A DNA stretch of 60,688 bases from Alphaproteobacteria bacterium UBA2964. Lineage in GTDB: Bacteria > Pseudomonadota > Alphaproteobacteria > MPNO01 > UBA2964. The notes beneath the pieces were generated by a model that was not told the origin of the DNA, made no database searches, and saw nothing but the letters and a program-made list of their open reading frames with translations. The stretch lies in the NCBI GenBank assembly GCA_905182615.1, contig CAJJCG010000031.1, positions 1-60,688 on the forward strand. The letters are read 5' to 3'. The translations under genes were made by a program, and so were the position numbers. Shown here piece after piece: positions 45,851 through 56,018 of this stretch (positions are counted from its first letter, which is position 1; each line of letters starts with the position of its first letter).

Positions 45851-47308
45851 GTGCCTGAATTCGATCTGGTTATTCGTCATGCGGATGTTGCGACCGAAAG
45901 CGATCGGTTCTCGACCGATATCGGGATTTCGAACGGTAGAATCACGGCGCTGGAGCCCGGTCTTTCCGAAGGCGCGCAGGAGATCGACGTCAAAGATAGA
46001 CTGGTTATGCCCGGTGGCGTCGATAGCCATTGCCACGTCGAACAGATTTCCTCCAACGGCATCTGGACAGCGGATGACTGGTTTACCGCGACACGGTCGG
46101 CGGCGTGCGGTGGTACGACAACGATAATCCCCTTTGCCTGTCAGCATCGTGGCCAGTCTTTGCGAGATGTCGTGAAGGCCTACCACGATTTGGCTGGGCC
46201 GAAGGCGGCGATCGATTATGCATTCCATTTGATTGTCTCAGACCCGACAGATCAGGTGTTGGGGCAGGAGCTGCCGGCACTGATCAAGGATGGCTATACT
46301 AGCTTCAAGATATATCTAACCTATGACGCGTTGATGCTGACTGATCGACAATTTCTTGACGTTCTAGCCGTCGCCCGGCGTGATGGCGCGATGGTCATGG
46401 TGCATGCCGAGAATAACGACATGATCAAATGGATGGCGGAACGGTTATTGCATGCGGGGCTCCGAGCGCCGAAGTTTCATGCGGTCGCGCGGCCAATGTT
46501 GGTGGAACGGGAAGCAACACACCGCAGTATCGCGCTCGCGGAGTTGGTGGATGTGCCCATACTAATTGTTCATGTGTCTGGTAGTGAAGCGATAGAGCAA
46601 ATCCGTTGGGCACAAGATCGTGGTCTCAATGTTTATGGTGAAACTTGTCCGCAATATCTGTTCCTTACCGAAGATGATTTAGACAAGCCGGGTCAGGAGG
46701 GCGCAAAGCATATGTGCAGCCCACCACCGCGCGATAAGGCCAATCAGGAAGTCGTGTGGAAAGCCCTGGAAGCTGGGCTCTTTGAGGTATTTTCCTCAGA
46801 TCACGCGCCGTATCGGTTTGATGATCCGGAAGGAAAATTTAAAGCTGGCAAGGACGCACATTTCAAACAGATTGCCAATGGCGTACCGGGACTGGAAGTT
46901 CGGCTGCCTTTGCTGTTCTCCGAAGGTGTTGGCAAGGGACGGATCACGCATCAACAGTTTGTTGCATTGACGGCGACCAATGCGGCTAAGCTTTATGGGT
47001 TGCACCCCAGAAAGGGAACGATCGCCGTGGGAGCTGATGCCGATATTACGGTTTGGGACCCGGACAAACAGGTGACCATCACCCAGTCTATTCTGCATGA
47101 TGCAATGGATTACACACCGTATGATGGACAAGAGGTGACAGGCTGGCCGGTGACGACCATCTCCCGAGGCAACGTAGTCTGGGATGGTGACGAATTTCTC
47201 GGCGCAGCGGGTAAGGGTGAGTTCCTGCCCTGCGATACGCCCCCGGCTTTATCGGCAGAAAGACGCCCTGTCACAGCATTTGATCCAGTGACAGGCGTTC
47301 TGAGTTAA
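45851..47308 (+). CDS. dihydropyrimidinase/D-hydantoinase-type cyclic amidohydrolase
   Basis: 485 aa with a GTG start. GGVDSHCHVEQ (HxH), SFKIYLTY (carbamylated-Lys region), VHAEN, FSSDHAP. Confidence 0.8.
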   Translation: MPEFDLVIRHADVATESDRFSTDIGISNGRITALEPGLSEGAQEIDVKDRLVMPGGVDSHCHVEQISSNGIWTADDWFTATRSAACGGTTTIIPFACQHRGQSLRDVVKAYHDLAGPKAAIDYAFHLIVSDPTDQVLGQELPALIKDGYTSFKIYLTYDALMLTDRQFLDVLAVARRDGAMVMVHAENNDMIKWMAERLLHAGLRAPKFHAVARPMLVEREATHRSIALAELVDVPILIVHVSGSEAIEQIRWAQDRGLNVYGETCPQYLFLTEDDLDKPGQEGAKHMCSPPPRDKANQEVVWKALEAGLFEVFSSDHAPYRFDDPEGKFKAGKDAHFKQIANGVPGLEVRLPLLFSEGVGKGRITHQQFVALTATNAAKLYGLHPRKGTIAVGADADITVWDPDKQVTITQSILHDAMDYTPYDGQEVTGWPVTTISRGNVVWDGDEFLGAAGKGEFLPCDTPPALSAERRPVTAFDPVTGVLS

Positions 47309-48093
47309 GTGCTTCGAATGTAACCGCCATCGACGCGGATCGAGCCACCGGTGACATAGCCGGCGCAATCACTCACCAGAAATGCAGCGACTTTCGAAAA
47401 TTCATCGACGCTGCCATAGCGGCCCGCCGGGATTGTGGCATGCGAGGCTTTGACGACTTCCGCTACCGGCACACCCTGATTTTTCGAGGCATTGGCATCA
47501 ATTGAATCGACCCGGTCAGTATGGATGCGACCGGGCATGATCGCATTGACGGTGACGCCGTCTTTGGCGACCTCGGTAGCAAGTGTCTTGGCCCAACCGA
47601 TTAGTGAAGATCGTAGTGTGTTGGATATACCCAAACCGGGGATTGGCTGAACAGCTCCTGAGCTTGAAATGATGAGGATACGGCCCCAGCCGCGTTCCCG
47701 CATGCCCGGCAGAAAGGCATTGGCAATTTCCAGTTGGCTGAGGACCATTGGCCGGAATTGTTTTTCAACGACATCCAAATCGACATCTGCGATAGGTCCG
47801 GGCGGTGGGCCGCCACCATTATTGATAACAATATCGATACCACCGAAATCACTGGTGACATCAGCGATGAGGGTGGCAACCGCTGTGGCATCAGTAAGGT
47901 CAACTTGATAGGCTCGGATTGCGCGACCAGTACGGCTTGCGATATCTGTGGCCTGCGCCTTCATGGCATCACCATCGCGACCGCAGAGGGCGATGTCGGC
48001 ACCTTCGGAGGCAAGTTGTTCAGCGATGCCCTGTCCCAAGCCACGTGAGGCACCAAGCACGAGGGCGCGTTTACCGGTTAATCCGAGATCCAC
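47305..48093 (-). CDS. SDR-like oxidoreductase with atypical active-site region, copy 4
   Basis: 262 aa. GASRGLG Rossmann motif, but the expected YxxxK position reads SNTLRSS. Confidence 0.7.
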   Translation of the reverse strand: MDLGLTGKRALVLGASRGLGQGIAEQLASEGADIALCGRDGDAMKAQATDIASRTGRAIRAYQVDLTDATAVATLIADVTSDFGGIDIVINNGGGPPPGPIADVDLDVVEKQFRPMVLSQLEIANAFLPGMRERGWGRILIISSSGAVQPIPGLGISNTLRSSLIGWAKTLATEVAKDGVTVNAIMPGRIHTDRVDSIDANASKNQGVPVAEVVKASHATIPAGRYGSVDEFSKVAAFLVSDCAGYVTGGSIRVDGGYIRST

Positions 48094-48113
48094 AATATAG
48101 TCCTTTGGTTAGT

Positions 48114-49076
48114 TTAAAGTTCGTGCTGGCGTTTTTGTCGTGATTCAAAATCCATGACCGGCGGGTTGAGATATCGACGTACTGCCGATGGATCTACTGC
48201 ATCGCTAGCGGCGACGGGGCGTTCTCCTTTGATGGTGACGCGTTCCATTAGGCGGCGCTTGGGATAGTAATCATGGATTGCGGAATGTTGCGCGCAGCGG
48301 TTGTCCCAGAACAGGACCATGTCCTGTTCCCAACGATGCCGGTACTGATACTCGTGGATGTAAGTTTTGCGGAATAGGAGATCGAGGATGGTATTGCTTT
48401 CATCCTCTTCCATACCTTTGATCTTGAGCGTGAATTGCGGGCTCACGAACAGTACTTTTTTGTCGGTCACAGGATGTACTGTCACGATCGGGTGGGTCGA
48501 GGGAGGATATTGATCTTCAAATTTGCGTAGCCGTTCAATCCCTTCTGGCGTTTCCGGAAAGAGCGTTTTGAAGGGCTTGAAATCATGCACCGCTTCGAGG
48601 CCAGACAGGAAACTCTGCATTTTGTCGGATAGTCCTTCATAGACAGCAGACATGCTGATGAAAGCAGTATCGCCGCCGACGTCGGGAATAATCTTGGAAC
48701 AAAGCACGGTGCCCATTGGTGGGCATTCACGAAATGTTTCATCGGTGTGCCAGATATCGGTAGGTGGCGGTGGATTACCTTCCTTCTGATCATAAACAAT
48801 AAGCTCCGGGGCATCTTCGGCGCTGCTTGAGAACGGATGTACCGTCAAATCTCCGTAATAGCGCGCGAAACGCTTAAGGTCTTCTGAAGAAATTTTTTGC
48901 TTGGGGAAAATCAGTAGCCCGTGCTCGGCATGTGCCTGACCGATGGCAGCGATTGTTGCGTCATCAAGGGGCTGTGTTAGATCTACACCGGTGATTTCTG
49001 CGCCGAGAAAGACACCTTTCTGCTTAAGTGAAATTGTTGAGGTTTCGTTCTTTAAAGCAATTGCTCCATCATCCAT
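48114..49076 (-). CDS. TauD/TfdA-family dioxygenase (paralogue 6)
   Basis: 320 aa. WHTDETF (HxD), GGDTAF, WDNRCAQHSA. Confidence 0.8.
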   Translation of the reverse strand: MDDGAIALKNETSTISLKQKGVFLGAEITGVDLTQPLDDATIAAIGQAHAEHGLLIFPKQKISSEDLKRFARYYGDLTVHPFSSSAEDAPELIVYDQKEGNPPPPTDIWHTDETFRECPPMGTVLCSKIIPDVGGDTAFISMSAVYEGLSDKMQSFLSGLEAVHDFKPFKTLFPETPEGIERLRKFEDQYPPSTHPIVTVHPVTDKKVLFVSPQFTLKIKGMEEDESNTILDLLFRKTYIHEYQYRHRWEQDMVLFWDNRCAQHSAIHDYYPKRRLMERVTIKGERPVAASDAVDPSAVRRYLNPPVMDFESRQKRQHEL

Positions 49077-49087
49077 GATAATCTCCT

Positions 49088-50776
49088 TTAGCCTTTTTGA
49101 GCGGCTAAGCCTGCTTCTCGTAGTCCCGAAAGGGTAGCTCTTGGCGAAATTTGGTCCTGCTCAACGCGGATCTCGATCATCGCCGGACCACCAGACTCTA
49201 ACGCTTTTTCGAAGGCCGGGGCAAACTCCTCCGTCCGTTTGACGACTTCACCGGTGAGCCCAAATGCCTTGCCGAGGGCGGCAAAATCTGGATTAATAAG
49301 ATCGGTTCCGCTGACGCGGCCCGGATAGAATTTTTCCTGATGCATGCGGATCGTACCATAGGTGCTGTTATTGACGACGACAAAGACGATCCCGAGATTG
49401 TATTGGCGGGCTGTCGCGATCTCCTGTCCGCACATCAAAAAATCACCATCGCCACTGAACGAGACAACGATACGGTCAGGGTGCACTGTTTTGGCGGCTA
49501 CTGCTGCGGGGACGCCATAGCCCATAGATCCACTTTGCGGTGCTAGCTCGGTCGGGTAGCTGCGATAGGGATAGAAGCGGTGTACCCAGTTCGAAAAATT
49601 GCCTGCGCCGTTGGCGATAATCGCATCATCCGGTAGGCGTTCACCAAGCCACTGAATGATGGAACCGAGATCGACGTCGCCTTTCATGTCTGGAATTGTG
49701 ACGTTGCCGTCCTGGTCTGCTCGCGCGGCCCTAGTCAAGTTGGACCACGGAACGCTGTTTGGTGCCTTTAGTGCCTTAGCCGCGGCTGCAAAATTGGCCA
49801 TGCCGGAATGGATTGCCAGTTCGGGTTCGTAAACCCTAGCAAGCTCATCAAGGCCCGCCGCAATATGTACGAGCGTTTGGCTAGGGCAGGGGATTGCGAA
49901 CCGCTCATAGCCATCGGTTATGGTTTCGGTCATTTGCGCACCGACAACGATGAGTAAATCAGTTTCCTGAAGGCGTTTGGCGAGTGGCGGATTAATCCCC
50001 AGCCCAACATCACCGGCGTAGTTTGGATGCCGGTTATCGATTAGGTCCTGACGGCGAAAAGCGGCGCCAACCGGTAAATCAAAATTCTCCGCAAACTTAA
50101 CGAAATCGTTGCAGGATTCTTGTGTCCAGCCGCTGCCCCCAAGAATGACGAAAGGACGTTGCGCCTGGTCAAGCATTTCTTTGAGCTGAACCATTGCCTC
50201 TGGCGGCGGGGCGGGATTGATCGGTTTATAGCGGACGGCATCATTGACCGAAGCCTTTTCCTTTTGCATGTCTTCCGGCAGGGCAATGACAACAGGGCCG
50301 GGGCGCCCCGATGTCGCGACATGGAAAGCGCGGCTCAAAACTTCTGGTATGCGGTTGGGATCATCGATCTGGGTGACCCATTTCGACAAAGGCGCGTACA
50401 TTTCGCGAAAATTAACTTCCTGAAACGCTTCGCGGTCCATCATGGCGCGTCCGACTTGACCAACCAGAAGAATAACCGGCGACGAATCCTGATGCGCGGT
50501 GTGAATGCCGAGACTGGCATTCGTTGCCCCCGGGCCACGAGTGACAAAGCAGATCCCAGGTTTGCCTGTTAGCTTACCATAGGCCTCGGCCATATAGGCG
50601 GCTCCGCCTTCCTGGCGGCACACGACCAGTTTAATATCGTTCTGTACATCAAACAGCGCGTCCAGTGTGGCGAGATAGCTCTCACCGGGGACACAGAAGA
50701 TCGTATCGGCGCCATGAATACGCAGCTGATCGACAAGAATCTGGCCACCAGTCCGTAGATTTGGGTTGTCGGTCAT
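49088..50776 (-). CDS. ThDP-dependent enzyme, acetolactate-synthase-large-subunit-like canonical type (member G)
   Basis: 562 aa. VPGESYLATLDAL, QEGGAAYMAEAYG, GDGDFLM..(22)..VNN. Confidence 0.8.
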   Translation of the reverse strand: MTDNPNLRTGGQILVDQLRIHGADTIFCVPGESYLATLDALFDVQNDIKLVVCRQEGGAAYMAEAYGKLTGKPGICFVTRGPGATNASLGIHTAHQDSSPVILLVGQVGRAMMDREAFQEVNFREMYAPLSKWVTQIDDPNRIPEVLSRAFHVATSGRPGPVVIALPEDMQKEKASVNDAVRYKPINPAPPPEAMVQLKEMLDQAQRPFVILGGSGWTQESCNDFVKFAENFDLPVGAAFRRQDLIDNRHPNYAGDVGLGINPPLAKRLQETDLLIVVGAQMTETITDGYERFAIPCPSQTLVHIAAGLDELARVYEPELAIHSGMANFAAAAKALKAPNSVPWSNLTRAARADQDGNVTIPDMKGDVDLGSIIQWLGERLPDDAIIANGAGNFSNWVHRFYPYRSYPTELAPQSGSMGYGVPAAVAAKTVHPDRIVVSFSGDGDFLMCGQEIATARQYNLGIVFVVVNNSTYGTIRMHQEKFYPGRVSGTDLINPDFAALGKAFGLTGEVVKRTEEFAPAFEKALESGGPAMIEIRVEQDQISPRATLSGLREAGLAAQKG

Positions 50777-51447
50777 ATTGTTATGAACTCATCGATAAAG
50801 ATTGTGTAACGCTGAAGCTTGGGTTTCGTCGCATCTTCGGCGTTTACGTAGGATATCGAGCTTTTGCCCAGCAGTTCACGAGGCAGGATCATGACCCGTG
50901 AGAAATTACCGGACCGGTCAGCGGGCGCGTAGGCAAGTACCGGATCGGGGCCTGCCTCAAACCACGCTTCACCGGCATCGATATATGTCTTATGGCCTTG
51001 GGTTTCGACTAAAAATCCACCCTTGAGCAAGCAGCGAATGCCGGGACCTTGATGGGTATGGGTATAGGCGATACCGCTCGGTGGAATGTCCACTCGGTCG
51101 CAGCGAATGAGGTAATCATCGCCAGGGACTAGATCGACTTCGGCTTGGTAGAGCAGGGTACTGGAAACGCCATCGCCAGAGATGAGATTATCACTATCAC
51201 TCGTTGTGTCCTGCACCAATTCATAACGCAGGATATGGGCGCCATCTGCGCCGGCCGAAACCGATGTTTCGTTGGCATTGTACCAGGCTGAATTCCTAGA
51301 CAGGGTTGCGGCTGTTGTGGACTTGTTTTTAACAGTTGCCATACCGTCGCTGACATAGAGAACGCGATTTTGTGCCGAATAGCTTTGATCGGGTGTTTTT
51401 TTGGCGCCTAGTCGGTCGTCATAAAGACGTAACAGGTATTTTGCCAT
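50773..51447 (-). CDS. hypothetical protein, possibly cupin-fold
   Basis: 224 aa. YTHTHQGPGIRCLLKG resembles a cupin metal motif. Its stop overlaps the downstream ThDP gene start (ATGA). Function not supported. Confidence 0.3.
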   Translation of the reverse strand: MAKYLLRLYDDRLGAKKTPDQSYSAQNRVLYVSDGMATVKNKSTTAATLSRNSAWYNANETSVSAGADGAHILRYELVQDTTSDSDNLISGDGVSSTLLYQAEVDLVPGDDYLIRCDRVDIPPSGIAYTHTHQGPGIRCLLKGGFLVETQGHKTYIDAGEAWFEAGPDPVLAYAPADRSGNFSRVMILPRELLGKSSISYVNAEDATKPKLQRYTIFIDEFITI

Positions 51448-51448
51448 T

Positions 51449-51769
51449 TCAGGATTTAGCTGTCGGTGACCAGGGGGCAGGAATAAGAGATTTATTCTCC
51501 TGACGCAGGATCAAGGGTAGGATTTTAGGCAGGAATGCTTTCCACGCGGCGCTTTTACCTAATTCGGCGCGACGACGGTCTCTCTCAGCATAGGAGTCGT
51601 AACCCCACATATGAATGATCTGATTTTGTGGACCGAAATCGGTGTAATACCAGCCTACAAGGTTGCCCAGGATTGGCTCCTGAATAGCCAGTCCTTTGGC
51701 CTGATAGTTCTTCATATACACCGGCACTTTCCCGGGATGAAGGGTATAGATGCGTTCTTCAACAATCAT
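51449..51769 (-). CDS. NIPSNAP-family protein, copy 1
   Basis: 106 aa. MIVEERIYTLHPG...HMWGYDSYAERDR pattern typical of the NIPSNAP dimeric alpha-beta barrel. Confidence 0.7.
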   Translation of the reverse strand: MIVEERIYTLHPGKVPVYMKNYQAKGLAIQEPILGNLVGWYYTDFGPQNQIIHMWGYDSYAERDRRRAELGKSAAWKAFLPKILPLILRQENKSLIPAPWSPTAKS

Positions 51770-51937
51770 AGAATTAGGTTTCCTATATCATAATTTAAAG
51801 ACATCACATCACAGGGGAAGAGCTCCGGCAACTGCGTAGACTGCCAAAGTGAATGCAGTTAGGCCGCTGTCGTTGATCGACCTCCTCATTCAGGTATGAT
51901 CCTGCCCAATACGGCAGAAAATAGAACAAAGATAGTT

Positions 51938-53446
51938 ATGAAAAATCATACGGTTAGAACTTATTCCTCAAAAGAAAATTTAGCCCGCGAAGACGAGTTG
52001 GCCTGGAAACTTGGGGCGCTGGCGGTTGATCCAGTCCCGGTCGATGATGATGTCGCCGACATGATTATGAACCGGATCATCGATAACGCTTCTGTTGCTA
52101 TTGCAGCTATCAATCGTTCACCCCCTGCTGCAGCGCGTGCGCAGGCATTGGCACATCCCCGCGATGGCGGTGCAACTGTATTTGGCGTCGCCAATAATCA
52201 GCAGTTTGATGCCGAGTGGGCGGCCTGGGCCAACGGCACAGCAGTTCGCGAGCTGGATTATCACGACACATTTTTGGCGGCCGATTATGCGCATCCCGGT
52301 GATAACATCCCTCCGTTATTGGCGGTCGCTCAGCAACTCGGAAAATCCGGTCAAGAATTGCTGAATGGTCTGGCGACCGGTTATGAAATTCAGATTAATC
52401 TCGTGCGGTCGATTTGCTTGCATGAACACAAAATCGATCATGTCGCGCATCTCGGCCCATCTGCCGCTGCGGGTATTGGCACAATGTTGGGATTGCCGGT
52501 CGAGACAATTTATCAAGCTGTACAGCAAGCGTTGCACGTAACGACATCGACGCGTCAATCTCGCAAAGGTGAGATTTCCAGCTGGAAGGCCTTTGCGCCG
52601 TCCCATGCTGGTAAGCTGGCGATTGAAGCGGTTGATCGCTGTATGCGCGGCGAGGGGGGGCCGTCTCCGATTTATGAAGGAGAAGACGGTGTCATTGCCT
52701 GGATTCTGTCGGGGCCGGAAGCTATCTATTCAGTGCCATTACCCGAAATTGGTGAGTCGAAACGCGCAATTCTCGACTCCTTCACCAAGGAGCATTCCGC
52801 GGAATATCAAAGTCAGGCGCTGATTGATCTGGCCTTTCGGATGAAAGAACAGATCAGTGATTTTGAAGCGATTGATCGTATCGTTATTCAGACCAGTCAC
52901 CATACTCATTACGTAATTGGTACGGGCGCTGGCGATCCGCAGAAAATGAATCCAACAGCGAGCCGGGAAACGCTCGATCATTCGATCATGTATATCTTTG
53001 CGGTCGCTCTGCAGGATGGCGAATGGCACCATATTCGGTCTTATTTGCCTGAGCGGGCGGCACGCGAAGATACCGTGCGACTGTGGAACAAGATTGAAAC
53101 TGCTGAAGACGCCGAGTGGACGACGCGGTATCACGAAACCGACCCCGATAAGTTAGCCTTTGGCGGGCGCGTCGAAATCACTTTGAAAGATGGCTCGGTT
53201 ATCATGGATGAGTTGGCCGTTGCGAATGCTCATACGAATGGTGCACGGCCGTTTGCCCGGGAAAACTATATTCACAAGTTCCGGACTTTGACGGAAGGGC
53301 TGGTCTCCGTGATCGAGCAGGACCGTTTTCTTGATCTCGTTCAGCGCTTGCCGGAATTGACCGCTGAAGAAGTCCGGCAAATCAATGTTGTGCTGGATGT
53401 AGCTACTCTTGAGTCAGCAGCCCGCGATACAAAAGGAATATTCTGA
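51938..53446 (+). CDS. prpD: 2-methylcitrate dehydratase
   Basis: The track ORF starts at 51896; ATG 51938 is preferred. About 500-aa MmgE/PrpD protein directly followed by prpB and prpC. Confidence 0.75.
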   Translation: MKNHTVRTYSSKENLAREDELAWKLGALAVDPVPVDDDVADMIMNRIIDNASVAIAAINRSPPAAARAQALAHPRDGGATVFGVANNQQFDAEWAAWANGTAVRELDYHDTFLAADYAHPGDNIPPLLAVAQQLGKSGQELLNGLATGYEIQINLVRSICLHEHKIDHVAHLGPSAAAGIGTMLGLPVETIYQAVQQALHVTTSTRQSRKGEISSWKAFAPSHAGKLAIEAVDRCMRGEGGPSPIYEGEDGVIAWILSGPEAIYSVPLPEIGESKRAILDSFTKEHSAEYQSQALIDLAFRMKEQISDFEAIDRIVIQTSHHTHYVIGTGAGDPQKMNPTASRETLDHSIMYIFAVALQDGEWHHIRSYLPERAAREDTVRLWNKIETAEDAEWTTRYHETDPDKLAFGGRVEITLKDGSVIMDELAVANAHTNGARPFARENYIHKFRTLTEGLVSVIEQDRFLDLVQRLPELTAEEVRQINVVLDVATLESAARDTKGIF

Positions 53447-54351
53447 TGTTATTTGCAACTAAATCAGCCGCTGAAAAACGATCGGGTTTCCGTGCTGGGT
53501 TGAACTCGGGAAAAATCCTCAAGTTTCCCGGCGCTCATGCCCCTTTGGTTTCGATGGAAATTGAGCGGCAAGGTTTCGATGGCGTTTATATCTCGGGCGC
53601 TGCGCTCTCCGCTGACCTCGGCCTACCTGATATCGGTCTTACGACATTGTCTGAGGTTACCCAGCGTGGTCGTCAAATTTCTCGCGTGACGTCGCTACCG
53701 GCTATTATTGATATCGATACTGGATTTGGCGAACCAATGAGTGCTGCCCGCACGGTGCAGGAGCTCGAAGAACTCGGCATCGCCGGGTGCCATTTGGAAG
53801 ATCAGGAAAACCCTAAGCGCTGCGGCCATCTCGATAACAAATCACTGGTCAGTTTGGATGAAATGGCGCGGAAGATCATGGCGGCATCGGATGCCAAAAC
53901 CGACCCCAACTTTGTGCTTTTTGCACGAACTGATGCGCGGGCATCGGAAGGAATGGATGCGGCGATTGATCGGGCGAAGGCTTATGTCGACGCGGGCGCG
54001 GACGCTATCTTCCCGGAGGCTATGGAAGGGGAGAAGGAATTCGAAATATTCCGCAAGGCGATCGACGTGCCAATGATGGCAAATATGACAGAGTTCGGAA
54101 AATCACCGTTGTTGTCAGCCCAACAACTCGAGAACCTCGGTTATAATCTTGTGATCTATCCGGTAACCACGATGCGGCTCGCAATGGGCGCGGTACGTGA
54201 TGGCCTGGCGGAAATTGCCGAGACCGGCACTCAAAATGGTTTGATCGATAAGATGCATAGCCGGAAAGAACTGTACGAACTTATCCGCTATCAGGATTAC
54301 AATAATTATGACCAGTCGGTCTTTAACTTCAAAGTGCGCGAAGAGGGATAA
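53446..54351 (+). CDS. prpB: 2-methylisocitrate lyase
   Basis: 301 aa. IIDIDTGFG and EDQENPKRCGHL (KRCGH) motifs. The start shares one nt with the prpD stop (TGATG). Confidence 0.85.
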   Translation: MLFATKSAAEKRSGFRAGLNSGKILKFPGAHAPLVSMEIERQGFDGVYISGAALSADLGLPDIGLTTLSEVTQRGRQISRVTSLPAIIDIDTGFGEPMSAARTVQELEELGIAGCHLEDQENPKRCGHLDNKSLVSLDEMARKIMAASDAKTDPNFVLFARTDARASEGMDAAIDRAKAYVDAGADAIFPEAMEGEKEFEIFRKAIDVPMMANMTEFGKSPLLSAQQLENLGYNLVIYPVTTMRLAMGAVRDGLAEIAETGTQNGLIDKMHSRKELYELIRYQDYNNYDQSVFNFKVREEG

Positions 54352-54356
54352 GCGAG

Positions 54357-55487
54357 ATGGCAAAAGAACCACGGATTTATAAAGGTCTTGATGGGGTTGT
54401 CGTCGACGAAACGGCGATCTCAAAGGTTATGCCTGAAACCAACTCGCTGACCTATCGTGGCTATGCTGTGCAGGACCTCTGTGAGTATTGTTGCTTTGAA
54501 GAGGTGGCGTATCTGTTGTGGCATGGCCAGCTCCCGACCCGGACACAGTTGCGGACGTTCAAGAAGGACGAACGCAGCCGCCGCAAAATTTCCCGGGATC
54601 ATCTGGCCGTAATTCAAAAGTTTCCAAAACGCGCCCATCCGATGGATACTATTCGGACCTCGGTTAGCTATCTCGGTACGACAGAGATTGCCTGGGGCGG
54701 AGAACCCGTCGAAGCTGATATGGAACGGTCGATGAATTTGTTGGCAAAAATACCAACAATGATCGCGACCGACTATCGTTTGCGGAAGGGCAAGCGTCGT
54801 ATTGCGCCACGTACCGATCTTTCTTTCTCCGAAAACTTTTTGAATATGTGCTTTGGCGAAGTCCCGCCGAAGCAGGTGGTGAAGGCATTTGATATTTCAC
54901 TGATCCTGTATGCCGAGCACAGCTTTAATGCGTCGACCTTTGCCACGCGTGTTGTGACGTCGACGATGTCAGATGTTTATAGCGCCGTAACAGCGGGCAT
55001 CGGTGCCCTCAAAGGCCCACTCCATGGTGGTGCTAATGAAGCCGTCATGAATATGCTGCTGGAAATTGGCCATCCGGATAAAGCCGAATCCTGGCTGCGC
55101 GATGCTTTCGCCAATAAACGCGTCGTGATGGGATTTGGACATCGGGTCTACAAATGGGGTGATAGCCGGGTGCCGACGATGCGGGGCTGCCTTGAAGGTC
55201 TCGCGCGCTGGAAAAATGATCGTAAATGGATCGAGATTGAAGATGTTCTTGAGGACATCATGGTCAAGGAAAAGAAAATTCACCCCAATCTCGATTATCC
55301 GGCGGGCCCGGCCTATTACATGATGGGTTTCGACATTGATATGTACACGCCAATCTTCGTGATGAGCCGGATTATCGGCTGGACGGCGCATTACATGGAA
55401 CAGAATGCGGCGAACCGTTTAATCCGCCCGCTTTCCGCCTATACCGGCGTTAAACAAAGGCGGGTAAAGCCGATTGCCCATCGCTGA
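54357..55487 (+). CDS. prpC: 2-methylcitrate synthase / citrate synthase family
   Basis: 376 aa. LTYRGY, LKGPLHGGANE and GFGHRVYK citrate-synthase motifs. The prp assignment comes from context. Confidence 0.8.
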   Translation: MAKEPRIYKGLDGVVVDETAISKVMPETNSLTYRGYAVQDLCEYCCFEEVAYLLWHGQLPTRTQLRTFKKDERSRRKISRDHLAVIQKFPKRAHPMDTIRTSVSYLGTTEIAWGGEPVEADMERSMNLLAKIPTMIATDYRLRKGKRRIAPRTDLSFSENFLNMCFGEVPPKQVVKAFDISLILYAEHSFNASTFATRVVTSTMSDVYSAVTAGIGALKGPLHGGANEAVMNMLLEIGHPDKAESWLRDAFANKRVVMGFGHRVYKWGDSRVPTMRGCLEGLARWKNDRKWIEIEDVLEDIMVKEKKIHPNLDYPAGPAYYMMGFDIDMYTPIFVMSRIIGWTAHYMEQNAANRLIRPLSAYTGVKQRRVKPIAHR

Positions 55488-56018
55488 CCTTCAACGCTTG
55501 CCACCCAGCCCTAATTATCGGGCTTTAGCGGGACCGCACTGGAAGCTTATTCTGCGGCCCTAGTTTGATACTGTGGCGTTGGGATTTGTTGCCAAGTGTT
55601 TCTGATCGCTGTCGCGGGCATGGTCCGCTGTTTCAATTTCAGACGGATCGGGCGAGAGGTTTGCAGATGACCTTGCTTTTCCGGGATTGAACCTTTCGCA
55701 TTATGCGGAGGCCTTAGGCAAAATATCGCAATCCCATCGTGCGTTTCGTCAAATTTGTGATGATTGGGAAAACGCTTTTTCGCCAAAGAAAACTCTTCTT
55801 CGGGGCAGCGTTCGGCCATGAGTCCTAAAAAGGTGGATATGCTCCTTGGCTCTGCTGATCGGGTGACGCCGTTTTTTGGATGGAATTGCGCTGGCGAAGC
55901 GTTGGAAAGTGCCCGACACAAATCTGTTTATCTGCAAACAGGGCCATTTTTGCGGCGCGTTGGGCCTGTCGCATGATGCGGCGCCATTGCAACGGTTCGC
56001 TGATCTGCTTTTGCAGAC

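Noticed and set aside
55547-55921. 124-aa minus-strand ORF in the prpC-DMT gap
   Set aside because: No family recognised and no RBS. It overlaps other equally poor ORFs and is treated as part of a possible gene relic rather than a feature.
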